NCBI GenBank assembly: GCA_044070495.1
Contig: JBIPSI010000014.1
Coordinates: 64,001-128,000 of the forward strand
Direction of reading: 5' to 3'
Origin: Spirulina sp.
Lineage (GTDB): Bacteria > Cyanobacteriota > Cyanobacteriia > Phormidesmidales > Phormidesmidaceae
Length of the DNA: 64,000 nucleotides
This document shows, in pieces, positions 10,551 through 19,750 of this stretch. The notes under the pieces are model-generated. The model did no database searches. It had not been told where the DNA came from and was given only the letters and a program-made list of their open reading frames with translations. How positions within the stretch are numbered: position 1 is the stretch's first letter; every line of letters starts with the position of its first letter. A program made the translations under genes and the position numbers.

Positions 10551-10585
10551 CCCACCCGCCCCCCTAGGAGTCCAGGTCGCCCCTG

Positions 10586-13582
10586 TTATGAAGTCGGTGG
10601 ATCAATCACTTCCACTAGGCCGCTTTGGCCGTTGAGGCGCACCCACTGGCCATTGTGCAGGCGGTCGGTGGCGTGGGCCACGTCCATCACCGCTGGGATG
10701 CCGTACTCGCGGGCGATGATGGCTCCGTGGGAAAGGCGACCCCCCACCTCGGCAATTAGCCCCTTGGCCCTGGCTAGCAGCGGTGTCCACCCGGCATCGG
10801 TGTAGGGCACGACTAGGATGAAGGGGACACTGCCCACCTCCACGGTTTCCAGGTGGGTCATCACCCGCACTGGGCCTTCTACCACCCCGGCACTGGCTCC
10901 AATGCCCTTCAATGCCTGCAATCCGTCTGCCTGAGGGGCTAGTAGCATGTGCTCTAGGACAGGGGGCTCGTGGCCAAACACCAGGTAGGGGATCTGTTGC
11001 CGCTGGCGATCCTGCTGAAACTGCTCTCGGCGGGTGCGGATGCGGGCGCGGAGGGCCTCCCAACTAGGGGGATGACTGGCCTGGAGGGTGGCCTGCATTT
11101 CCTCTAGGGTGAGAAAGAAAATATCCCCGGTTTCGGTGAGGTTTTCCGCCTGAATCCACTGACGTTCTAGGGCCAAAATGCTCCAGCGCAGTTCCGCCAG
11201 CAGCCGATTGTAGAGGGTGTTCACCTGGCCCTTGAGGTCGAACCGTCGCTGGGCCAAGTCCACCAGGGGGCCTTTCACCTTGCCGTTGCTAGTCCCCTTG
11301 CCGTTGCTAACGGAGTCTGGAACAGGCTTAGGCGGGGGCGGATGCAGCACAAACTGGGCCAGCAGTTCCCGCACGGGGGCGGGGTTTTCGTGCCAGGTAG
11401 CCACGGCAATGTCGGTGCCCACGGGGCTGAGGTAGCCGTATTCCTGGATGAAGTGGTTGAGCTGGGCCAGGATCATCTCGCCATCGGGGGTTTCTGCTAG
11501 GGCCGTCATTAGAGACGATCCGTTGGTGATGGTTTTGATCTGGGCGGCGGAGAAGATTTGGCGGGTTTCTTCGGCGAGGGTGCGCAGATCCTCCACCGCA
11601 GCCACCTCAGCATTTTGGCGGGCATCAAGGGCTTCCTCCGCCACCCCCATCACCGCCCGCCGCAGGGCAAAGCTGAGGGGAGCCATGATGTTGTAGTAGG
11701 TGACGTGGCGCAGCAGCACCAGCACGTCTTCGATGCGATCCAGTAGCTCCACAGGACTCAGGGTTTCGCGGCGCACCATGGTGAGGGCGTTGAGGCCAGC
11801 GGTGAACAGGGTGGAATTTTCCCGTTCAAAGTCCACGAGCAGACGGCGTTCCCGGTTCAGCAGCCGCAGCAGTCCCGGCAGAGCTTTCAGGGTAGCCCCT
11901 AGGGGCGGACGGCTAAATTTGGCCCCACGGGTGAGGAATTCCAGGCTCTCCGCCGGTAGGCCCATGCGCAGGAAGATTTCCCCCAGCAGGGTGGCATTGA
12001 AGTAGGCGTAGGCATGGTGCAGGGTAGCGGTTTCGGTGAAGTCCAAATCCTTCGCCTGGTTGCCCAGCACCACGGTAAAAATTTCCCCCCATACGCCGCA
12101 GGTCAGGGGGCGGTTAATCGACCAGGTGAGGGGCCGAATCGCGCCAGGGATGACCTCGGCAGCAATTTTGCGTGTCCACAGGGGCCGTAGGGTGGTGATG
12201 GGGCGGCTCTGCAACAGCCACAGGGTTTCGCCGTCGTAGGTCCATTCAATATCTTGGGGCACGCCTTGATAGCGGGCCTCTAGGTGACGGGCCAGGTAGG
12301 CGACCTGTTGCAGGAGACGGTCGGGGGTTTGGCCCTCGCCTTCCACGGTTAGGCTCAGGACAGCGGGCAATTGCCAACTGTCCTCTGGGGCCAGTTCTGT
12401 GGCCGAGGGGATGTCGTTGGGCTGCACCATCACCCGGTACTGCTCCGGCGTTTCTTGGCCAGAGACCACCCGATCCGCCCCACCGGGCAGGGCTTCGATC
12501 ACCACCGCATCGCCGCAGCGGGCAATGGGGTCGCGGCTAAAGGCCACCCCAGAAAATTGGCCAATCACCTGCTGCTGCACAATCACCGCCATGGCCCGCT
12601 CTGGCAGGTCGTTGTCCTGGCGATACTGCACGGCGCGGGGGCTGTTGTAGGTGGCAAAGCAGCGCACAATGGCCAGGGAAAGCGCTTCCTTGGTGGTGAT
12701 GTTCAGGTAAGACTCGTAGATCCCCGCCGCCGACACCAAGCCCGAATCCTCATCCTGGGCCGAAGATCGCACCACCACGGGCTGACGCGGCGAGGGATCG
12801 GTAATCTCCAGCAGCGCCGTCGGGTCATCCCCGGCCTGGAGCACATACCCAGGGGGGACAGGATAACCCCAGGCCCGTAGTTGCCCTAACGTAGCCGCCT
12901 TAGGGCCAAACTGGGTGGGGTCGAGGGGCTGATCCAGCGCCACCAGCCCCCGATCTCCCCGAAAAAAACGAAACATGGTACGAGACTCCAAACGTCCCCC
13001 CTCGGTGGGGAGGTCTAAATCATCGGGTAGCTTTTGGTAAATCCAGGCGATCAAACCACTCAGGCAGGCCACCGCCAACACCAAAGGGCCATCGCTGGGA
13101 TGGCGCAACGCTGTCAACATCGGCAGCAACACCAGCACCAACAGCCGCCCCTGTCGCCGCTCCCTAAAAATCGTAAACCCTAGGCCGCTAATCAACCCGG
13201 TCAGCAGCGACGTGACCCAATCGTGCACCACAAAGCCCCAGACCACGTTGGTGGTGCCCGCCCCCTTGGCAAACCAGTAGCGCCCCATCACCAGGCCAAT
13301 CAGCGCCAGAATCTCCCACACCGGGTCATTGGGGAAATAATGCCGCGCCAGCAGCACCACCGAGACACCCTTGGCCGCCTCCAGCAACACCGCCGTAATG
13401 CCCGCCACCTTGCCGCCGTGGTAAAACGCCGCCGACACCCCCACATTGCCCGTCCCCACCTGGGACAGTCGCTTTCCCGAAATCCACCGCGTCACCCAGC
13501 CCGTTAGCGGCAAACCACCCACCAGGGGGGATAACACAAAAATCAACAGCGCACCCCAAACCTGGGTGAGGGTCATGGCCAT
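10586..13582 (-). CDS. Fusion of PlsY-like glycerol-3-phosphate acyltransferase and PEP/pyruvate-dikinase-type domains
   Basis: N-terminal membrane domain with GTGNVG and LLEAAKG (PlsY-like). GPKAATL, VVVRSSA.DED, QDIEW and LLQSRPIT (ATP-grasp). C-terminal GGRLSHGAIIAREYGIPAV phospho-His swivel domain. Confidence 0.85.
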   Translation of the reverse strand: MAMTLTQVWGALLIFVLSPLVGGLPLTGWVTRWISGKRLSQVGTGNVGVSAAFYHGGKVAGITAVLLEAAKGVSVVLLARHYFPNDPVWEILALIGLVMGRYWFAKGAGTTNVVWGFVVHDWVTSLLTGLISGLGFTIFRERRQGRLLVLVLLPMLTALRHPSDGPLVLAVACLSGLIAWIYQKLPDDLDLPTEGGRLESRTMFRFFRGDRGLVALDQPLDPTQFGPKAATLGQLRAWGYPVPPGYVLQAGDDPTALLEITDPSPRQPVVVRSSAQDEDSGLVSAAGIYESYLNITTKEALSLAIVRCFATYNSPRAVQYRQDNDLPERAMAVIVQQQVIGQFSGVAFSRDPIARCGDAVVIEALPGGADRVVSGQETPEQYRVMVQPNDIPSATELAPEDSWQLPAVLSLTVEGEGQTPDRLLQQVAYLARHLEARYQGVPQDIEWTYDGETLWLLQSRPITTLRPLWTRKIAAEVIPGAIRPLTWSINRPLTCGVWGEIFTVVLGNQAKDLDFTETATLHHAYAYFNATLLGEIFLRMGLPAESLEFLTRGAKFSRPPLGATLKALPGLLRLLNRERRLLVDFERENSTLFTAGLNALTMVRRETLSPVELLDRIEDVLVLLRHVTYYNIMAPLSFALRRAVMGVAEEALDARQNAEVAAVEDLRTLAEETRQIFSAAQIKTITNGSSLMTALAETPDGEMILAQLNHFIQEYGYLSPVGTDIAVATWHENPAPVRELLAQFVLHPPPPKPVPDSVSNGKGTSNGKVKGPLVDLAQRRFDLKGQVNTLYNRLLAELRWSILALERQWIQAENLTETGDIFFLTLEEMQATLQASHPPSWEALRARIRTRREQFQQDRQRQQIPYLVFGHEPPVLEHMLLAPQADGLQALKGIGASAGVVEGPVRVMTHLETVEVGSVPFILVVPYTDAGWTPLLARAKGLIAEVGGRLSHGAIIAREYGIPAVMDVAHATDRLHNGQWVRLNGQSGLVEVIDPPTS

Positions 13583-13757
13583 GGCGTTAATTAGGCAGAG
13601 GGGCAGAACGCCTTTTGTTGGGGTTCACGTCCCAATTCTAAACCCCAGCCTCGCTGCCAGTCATACCAAACCCTGGTTGCTTACCCCCGATTCAAACGCT
13701 GATCCTGATCGGACTGAGCTGTGAGCCTGTCGAACCGTCGAAGCCTCAATTCGTTTA

Positions 13758-13888
13758 GAGGGCGTTTGAAAAGGGTTACCTCAGGTGCGATGGGCCGCTA
13801 GATCGGTGTAAATCTACAGGATTTTTGACAGCTGAGGCTGACTTTATCGGTATCACTTAGGACACACTCCGGCTTTTCAAACGTCCTC
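13758..13888. mobile_element. 131-bp MITE with IS5-family-like terminal inverted repeats
   Basis: GAGGGCGTTTGAAAAG (13758-13773) and CTTTTCAAACGTCCTC (13873-13888): 16-bp TIR with 1 mismatch. Flanks TTA/GTA. No ORF inside. Confidence 0.75.
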
Positions 13889-13947
13889 GTAGGGGATTTT
13901 CTATGAAGTCATGGCTAGACGATAGCCCGGAATCACCAAACGGGACA

Positions 13948-13980
13948 ACAAAAAAGGGTCAGCCCTCGGCCAACCCTTTG
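13948..13980 (-). terminator. Intrinsic terminator downstream of the small membrane-protein gene
   Basis: aaagggtcagcc-ctc-ggccaaccctt stem with an adjacent A-run, which is a U-tract on the minus strand. Confidence 0.55.
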
Positions 13981-14016
13981 CCTTGTTGCATTTCCGCCGC
14001 GTCTTCCCGCTGCGCC

Positions 14017-14214
14017 CTAGGACTCATGGATATCCGGCACAATGTCGGGTTTTTCCTTGCCTTCCCAACCGGGCGGACGCTTGGAGTTGTACCAGGCCAC
14101 GGAGCCGATTAGGGTGGCCGCCGCAAAGCCTAGACCCACTAAAATCATCAGACTAGAGAGGTAGGGGGCGCTGTCAGACATTTGTAGAACGATGGCGTGA
14201 AACGGCAAAACCAT
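14017..14214 (-). CDS. psb35: Small single-helix membrane protein, Psb35-like (PSII assembly)
   Basis: Hydrophobic helix followed by GSVAWYNSKRPPGWEGKEKPDIVP, a motif I associate with Psb35. Start may be 14181. Confidence 0.6.
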   Translation of the reverse strand: MVLPFHAIVLQMSDSAPYLSSLMILVGLGFAAATLIGSVAWYNSKRPPGWEGKEKPDIVPDIHES

Positions 14215-14363
14215 AACGGATAAAATCCAGTGATCAACAGCCCTACCTTAGGCGTTTAGCCTAGTTAAAACCTCTGCCGTTCTGACGAAATGCCCAAGGC
14301 CAGAGGTCTATCCCAGGGCAGACATGGAACCCTCAAGCCCGAACCCTCAAGCCCAACATCCCC

Positions 14364-15233
14364 CTAGGCTTTGCCGTTGATCAAGGCTTTGGAGAGACCG
14401 GAGAAGCGTTCCATGGCAATCATCAGCAGGGCGGTGAGGAAAATCAGCACCCCGGAGATGGCAGCGGCGCGGACATCCAGGTCATTTTCAATCATCGACC
14501 ACATGCGGATGGGCAGCATTTCGGTGCGGGCATCGGACAAAAACAGCGTCACCGCCACGTTGTCGAAGGAGGTGAGGAAGGCCATGAACGCGCCGATCAG
14601 CACCCCAGGCTTGATCAGGGGCAGGGTCACCTTAAAAAAAGTGTAGGCAGGGCTGGCCCCCAGGGCGCTGGAGGCTTCTTGGAGGGAAGACCCTAGCTGC
14701 GTCAAACTGGCCAGCACGTTGCGCACCACATAGGGGGTACAGATGACGATGTGGCCGATGATCAGGGTAAACAGCGACAGGCGAATGCCGACCATGGCAA
14801 AGAAGGACATCATCCCCAGACCGAGGGCCACACCGGGCAGGGCCAGGGGAGACATCACCAGGGCATCCATTACGGCGACCCAGCGGCCCCGGCTACTGAT
14901 CATCGCTAGACAGGCTAAAACCCCCAGCACCACGCAGGTAATGGCGGTGAAGAGGGCCACTTGGAAACTGTTGAGGGCGGCGGCGCGTAGTTCTGGAAAA
15001 CTAAACAGCGACAGATACCACTGCAAGGAAAATCCGGGCGGCGGAAACTCTAGAGAGGCCGAAGAACTGAAGGAGGCCAGCAGCACAATAATGGTGGGGG
15101 CCGTGAGCATAATTAGCCCCAAAATGGCGATGAGGGGCATGACCACCGCAAAGGAAATTTGATCCAGCTTGCGAAGGGAATAGGCGGAATCTTGGGGGAG
15201 TTGGGTGGAGGGGGTGAGGGAAGTTGAGGACAT
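14364..15233 (-). CDS. ABC transporter permease (PotC-like)
   Basis: FPPPGFSLQWY, EAA loop LQEASSALGAS, SFDNV. Confidence 0.9.
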   Translation of the reverse strand: MSSTSLTPSTQLPQDSAYSLRKLDQISFAVVMPLIAILGLIMLTAPTIIVLLASFSSSASLEFPPPGFSLQWYLSLFSFPELRAAALNSFQVALFTAITCVVLGVLACLAMISSRGRWVAVMDALVMSPLALPGVALGLGMMSFFAMVGIRLSLFTLIIGHIVICTPYVVRNVLASLTQLGSSLQEASSALGASPAYTFFKVTLPLIKPGVLIGAFMAFLTSFDNVAVTLFLSDARTEMLPIRMWSMIENDLDVRAAAISGVLIFLTALLMIAMERFSGLSKALINGKA

Positions 15234-15235
15234 AG

Positions 15236-15304
15236 TGGCTTTTGGGAAATGGCTTTTGGGGAATGGCTTTTGGGGAATCTGAGTTTTAGGAATCTGAATT
15301 TTGG
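15236..15304. repeat. Short tandem repeat (TGGCTTTTGGGGAA-like, ~5 decaying copies)
   Basis: Seen directly between the two permease genes. Confidence 0.7.
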
Positions 15305-15340
15305 CGATGTCCTAGAGGGTAGAGCGCTACGAAGGTATCG

Positions 15341-16186
15341 CTAGCGAATGTATCGGCTGCTGCGCTTGCCAAAGGCTCCCAAAATCAGTACTACGGCAAC
15401 CACCATAATCAACAGCAGGGTGGATACGGCGGCGGCAAAGGGCTGATTGAGCAGCACAATGCCCTGCTGATAAATCAATGTCGGAAGATAGATGAGCTGT
15501 CCACCGCCAATGATGGAGGGGGTGACGAAGGAACTCACGGTGAGGGCAAAGACTAGCAGCGCCCCAGAAATCATGCCCGGCAGGGTAAGGGGAAAGGTAA
15601 TTTGCCAAAAGGTGCGCCAGGCTCCACCACCTAAGCTCTTAGACGCCGCCGCCAGCCGCGAATCAATTTGGGAGAGCGACGCCACAATGGGCAGCACCAT
15701 CATCGGTAGCCAAATTTGGGTGAGGGCAATTAGCACGCCATTGTGGGTAAACAACAGGCGGATGGGTTCTTCAATCAGCCCTAATTTTATGAGAGCCGTG
15801 TTGATCAACCCCTGCCGTCCCAAAATTACTACCCAGCCAAAGGTACGCACCACCGCACTGGTGAGCAGGGGCAGCATAATTAAAAAGGTAAGTACCCCCT
15901 TCCACCGAGCATGGACATTGGTATAAAAATAGGCGACGGGGTAGCCAATAATCAGGCAGGCAATGGTGACTTGAACGCCAAGCCAAAAGGTATCGGTGAG
16001 GGCTTTAACATTAACGGCATTTCCAAAGAATTTGACGTAATTATCCAAGGAAATACCCCCCGCCTCAGCCTGAAAGCTAGAGGCAATCAAAATCACCAGG
16101 GGCACGATGTAAAACAGTTGCAGAAAAATGGCCAGGGGCAGGGCCAAAAAATCCTGTTTAGGTCGTAGGAGTTGGCTGATGTTCAT
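15341..16186 (-). CDS. ABC transporter permease (PotB-like)
   Basis: PLLTSAVVRTFGW, GLINTAL, LAAASKSLGG. Confidence 0.9.
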   Translation of the reverse strand: MNISQLLRPKQDFLALPLAIFLQLFYIVPLVILIASSFQAEAGGISLDNYVKFFGNAVNVKALTDTFWLGVQVTIACLIIGYPVAYFYTNVHARWKGVLTFLIMLPLLTSAVVRTFGWVVILGRQGLINTALIKLGLIEEPIRLLFTHNGVLIALTQIWLPMMVLPIVASLSQIDSRLAAASKSLGGGAWRTFWQITFPLTLPGMISGALLVFALTVSSFVTPSIIGGGQLIYLPTLIYQQGIVLLNQPFAAAVSTLLLIMVVAVVLILGAFGKRSSRYIR

Positions 16187-16339
16187 GGGTTTTGGCTGGC
16201 TGGGGTGGATATGCGGACGATCCTGAAAAACGCTATTTTGGACAAGATCAGAAACCTAATTTCTCGAGTTCGGTGATTACCACAAGACCACCGATTCACA
16301 CCAAAAATCAGGCTTCTGGCGGGTTTCTAGATAGAACGT

Positions 16340-17440
16340 CTAAAGTTGAATGGCCTGGTCAAACCGTTCAATCCATTCAGAGCGGTTGGGGTTAATTTGC
16401 GACCAGTCTAAAAACACGAGGTTGCTGAGGGCTTCGTCGAGGGTGGAGCCAAATTTCTCAGCCAGCAGGCCCGTCAGTTCAACATTGCGGTTGACGGGCA
16501 GGAAATTATAGGGATCTTGGGCCATGGCCGTTTGCACCTCCAGGCTGAGGCTGGCATCGATGAAGGCGGCGGCAGCAGCGAGGTCGGCGGTGGTGTTGGC
16601 CACAATTTGCTGGGAGGGCCGCATGGCAATCGCCCCTTCCTGGGGAGCGACCCATTCAATATCCACCCCACGGGCCTTTAGGGCCATGACATTATTGAGG
16701 TCGTGGGGAGCCAGGGCAATTTCCCCCTGCTGGAAGAGGGTGGCCAAGGCCCCAGAGTTGGCGGCAAGGCCCGCCAGGTTGGGCTTGAGTTCCTGCTCCA
16801 GGGCTTCAAAGGCGGGTTCAATGTTGGATTCACTGCCGCCGCGCAGCTTGGCCAATTGCACCATTACGGAAGTCCCTTGGGTGGTCTGCATCCCTTGCAT
16901 GGAGACCCGTCCCTGAAACTCTGGATTATAGAGATCTTCCCAGGAGGCGGGCGGGGTGGTGATTTCGCTGGGATTGTAGGCCAAGCCAATCACCTGAAGG
17001 CCCGTGGTGGGGGCCCAGCCGTCGGGGCTGAGCAGTTGCGGAGCCACCTGGTCGTAGTTGCTAATCATCTCCACCGGGACGGGCACAAACAGATCCTTGG
17101 AGGCCGCATTAAACGGGCCTTCATCAATCAGCGCCACGTCAAAGGGTGGATTTTGGGGAGCCGCCGTAAGCTGGGCCACCTGCTCTAGGGAGACCATCGT
17201 CACCAGGTTGGCGCTGCCCCCGCCCGCAGCTTGAAAAGCAGGCACAATCACATCCCGATAAAGCTGTTCCCAACTGCCTGCAAAGGTGGTGACAATCAGG
17301 TCAGATCTGCCGCCTTCACCGTTCGCAGCGGTTTGGGTGGGGGTTGTATCACAGGCTTTAATCAGCAGGCTGGTGCCCGCAAACAGGCCGGCCCCCAACA
17401 GGGTACGACGGCTAAATTGAAACGATCCAGATCTCGCCAC
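16340..17440 (-). CDS. ABC substrate-binding lipoprotein (PotD/PotF-like), Tat signal
   Basis: GTG 17440 with GGAG upstream. FSRRTLL twin-arginine motif, LIKAC lipobox, PPFDV and PPASWEDL motifs. Confidence 0.85.
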   Translation of the reverse strand: MARSGSFQFSRRTLLGAGLFAGTSLLIKACDTTPTQTAANGEGGRSDLIVTTFAGSWEQLYRDVIVPAFQAAGGGSANLVTMVSLEQVAQLTAAPQNPPFDVALIDEGPFNAASKDLFVPVPVEMISNYDQVAPQLLSPDGWAPTTGLQVIGLAYNPSEITTPPASWEDLYNPEFQGRVSMQGMQTTQGTSVMVQLAKLRGGSESNIEPAFEALEQELKPNLAGLAANSGALATLFQQGEIALAPHDLNNVMALKARGVDIEWVAPQEGAIAMRPSQQIVANTTADLAAAAAFIDASLSLEVQTAMAQDPYNFLPVNRNVELTGLLAEKFGSTLDEALSNLVFLDWSQINPNRSEWIERFDQAIQL

Positions 17441-17472
17441 GAAATCAAACTCCAGCAACAACAAGCAAACAG

Positions 17473-17576
17473 TCGTACCGAATCCGAATCAGAAAAAAAC
17501 GATTTCTAATTCGGAAAACCATAGGGGTAAGGTCTCCTCACCCCTGGATACTGAAAGCAAGCCGGATTCGGTACGA
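17473..17576. mobile_element. 104-bp MITE-like element containing a REP hairpin
   Basis: Perfect 14-bp TIR TCGTACCGAATCCG / CGGATTCGGTACGA. Internal taggggtaaggtctcctcacccct. Related copy at 36829-36930. Confidence 0.75.
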
Positions 17577-17625
17577 TGGACGCTGGGCTAAGCCAGCCTA
17601 CGGTTGGCCCGAACCGTGAGCGGTT

Positions 17626-18756
17626 CTAGGCGGGGAAGACGGAACAGGCACTGGGAGAAACCAGATCGAGGTGAATTTGATCCCCAGGGGTGAGGGGTTT
17701 GGTTCCCAGGGTGCGGGGCTGGGTAAGCTTGATGTGAAGGTCGGAACCCAGGGCGACATCGTAGGTCATCACCGAGCCAAGGGGGAGACACATGGCCACG
17801 GTGCCCGCTAGGGTGTGGCGGTGGGCCTGGGGTTGCACCCCCAGGTTTTCGGGGCGAATGGCTACGGTGACCTGGCCTTGGGGCACTAGGGTATGGTCGC
17901 AGGCAATCTCCAGCTCACCGCCAGGAACCTTGACCAAGTAGCCTTTGTCTGCCCGGCCCAGCACTTCCCCAGGTAGGTGATTGCAGGTGCCCACAAAGGA
18001 ACTGACAAACTGGGTGGCCGGACGGTCGTACAGGTTGCTAGGGCTATCAAACTGGTGAATTTCGCCGCCGGAAAGGACGGCAATGCGATCAGACATGCTC
18101 ATGGCCTCTTCTTGGTCGTGGGTGACCATGATGGCGGTGATGCCGCGCTCACTGAGAATGCGTCGAATTTCAATCTGCATGTCCAGGCGCAGGCTTTTAT
18201 CGAGAGCGCTAAAGGGTTCGTCCAGCAGCATGATCCGAGGTTCAACGGCTAGGGCACGGGCAATGGCGACCCGCTGTTGCTGTCCTCCAGAAAGCTCGCT
18301 AGGGACTCGCTTAGCGAGGTGGCTGAGCTGCACCATATCCAGCATTTCGCCCACCCGGTTGGCCACCTGGCCGCGAGACAACTTTCGCCCTGCCCTCAAA
18401 CCGTAGGCCACGTTGTCCCAAACGGTCATATGGGGAAAGAGGGCGTAGTTCTGAAACACGATGCCCGTACCCCGCTCACTGGGAGACAGCCCTGTTACCG
18501 ATTTGCCGTCGATCAACACGTTGCCTGCCGTGGGGTCGAGGAAACCGGAAATTATTCGCAGCAGAGTAGTTTTGCCACAGCCGCTTGGCCCCAGCAACGA
18601 CACAAACTCTCCTGGCTGAATTGATAGGTTGATGTCCTTCAGCGCCACAAAGGAGCCAAACTTGTGCATCACCTGGGACAACGTCAGGCTGTGCCCTGAA
18701 TCGGCACCCAGGGTAGCGACGGCGGCTAGGGTGGCGGGGGATTGGGTAGCTTGCAT
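17626..18756 (-). CDS. ABC transporter ATP-binding protein (PotA-like, TOBE domain)
   Basis: Walker A GPSGCGKT, signature LSGGQQQRVA, LLDEPFSALD, VTHDQEEA. Confidence 0.93.
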   Translation of the reverse strand: MQATQSPATLAAVATLGADSGHSLTLSQVMHKFGSFVALKDINLSIQPGEFVSLLGPSGCGKTTLLRIISGFLDPTAGNVLIDGKSVTGLSPSERGTGIVFQNYALFPHMTVWDNVAYGLRAGRKLSRGQVANRVGEMLDMVQLSHLAKRVPSELSGGQQQRVAIARALAVEPRIMLLDEPFSALDKSLRLDMQIEIRRILSERGITAIMVTHDQEEAMSMSDRIAVLSGGEIHQFDSPSNLYDRPATQFVSSFVGTCNHLPGEVLGRADKGYLVKVPGGELEIACDHTLVPQGQVTVAIRPENLGVQPQAHRHTLAGTVAMCLPLGSVMTYDVALGSDLHIKLTQPRTLGTKPLTPGDQIHLDLVSPSACSVFPA

Positions 18757-18859
18757 GAACCTTAGGGGGTTGGATGGACAGGAAAACGCCTACTATCGAA
18801 GCAATAGGCTCAGGCAGACCGAAACCGGGATTCAACTAAATCTGAGCAGTCAAGATGCC

Positions 18860-18911
18860 GAACGACCAAAACTTTGAACGACCAAAACTTTGAATAACCA
18901 GACCTTTGAAC
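18860..18911. repeat. 16-bp tandem repeat (GAACGACCAAAACTTT x2 plus one degenerate copy)
   Basis: Seen directly in the intergenic spacer. Confidence 0.7.
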
Positions 18912-18955
18912 TACCCTTGAACGGTCAAAAAACACCATTCAAACTCAACACCAGA

Positions 18956-19624
18956 CTAGGTCTGAGCAGGAGTTCTGGCCTCTGAGTGAGGGGGAATTGG
19001 TAGGTGAATGAGTTCCCCAATTTTGGTATATTCCACCGGGCCGCCCAGACGGGTTACGGGCTGCATGTGTACTGTATCCACCAGGCCTAACTGACTTCTG
19101 TATAAATCCTTGCGAATGTGGAAACGCAAGACTTGGCCCAGCACCATAATGCTTGCTGCCTCTGCCACGGGCACAATCTGTGTCACTCGACATTCCATCG
19201 CCACTGGGGCACCCTGGATCACCCAGGGCCGCACCTCCATGGCCGGAACCGCCTTCAGCCCTGCCACCTCAAACTCGTTAATGCCGTGGGGCAGTTCCAT
19301 CGCCGTTTTCACCATCGCTTCCGACAGGGCTTCATCGACCACATGGCAAACAAACTCGCCCACCTCCCGCACATTGCGTAGGGTGTCTTTTTCCTGGGGT
19401 TCTCGGCGGCGTAGGGCTACCGAAAACATCAGCGTCGGCGGAAACCCAGACACCGCATTAAAAAACGAGTAGGGCGCAAGGTTAGGTTGGCCCTCGGCAC
19501 TCATCGTAGACACCCAGGCAATGGGGCGAGGGGCCACCACACTGGTCAGCAGGTGATAGGGGGCGGGCACCTCCATTTCCGCTGTAGCCAGGGTGATCAT
19601 CTCTGGGGCGTCAAGGTCAGGCAT
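18956..19624 (-). CDS. Flavin reductase-like (FMN-binding split barrel) protein
   Basis: VAPRPIAWVST, NLAPYSFFN, KDTLRNVREVGEFV. ATG 19624 preferred because the longer ORF runs through a REP. Confidence 0.88.
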   Translation of the reverse strand: MPDLDAPEMITLATAEMEVPAPYHLLTSVVAPRPIAWVSTMSAEGQPNLAPYSFFNAVSGFPPTLMFSVALRRREPQEKDTLRNVREVGEFVCHVVDEALSEAMVKTAMELPHGINEFEVAGLKAVPAMEVRPWVIQGAPVAMECRVTQIVPVAEAASIMVLGQVLRFHIRKDLYRSQLGLVDTVHMQPVTRLGGPVEYTKIGELIHLPIPPHSEARTPAQT

Positions 19625-19690
19625 GGCAAGAAGGACAACGTAGGCGAGTCTGGTTAGGCTACTGGATCCAGGGGCGAGGAAGCCTGGGGA

Positions 19691-19714
19691 AGGGCGAGGA
19701 GACCTCGCCCCTAC
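19691..19714 (-). repeat. GTAG-family REP hairpin
   Basis: Exact reverse complement of GTAGGGGCGAGGTCTCCTCGCCCT at 29080-29103. Variants at 17522, 36870 and 55809. Confidence 0.8.
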
Positions 19715-19750
19715 GATGTAACCCATTGGGAATTGGCAGGCTAGGCGTAG

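Noticed and set aside
18860..18911. Repeats that might be a CRISPR array (also 15236-15304, 31877-31980)
   Set aside because: Units are 8-16 bp and directly adjacent, with no unique spacers and no cas genes.
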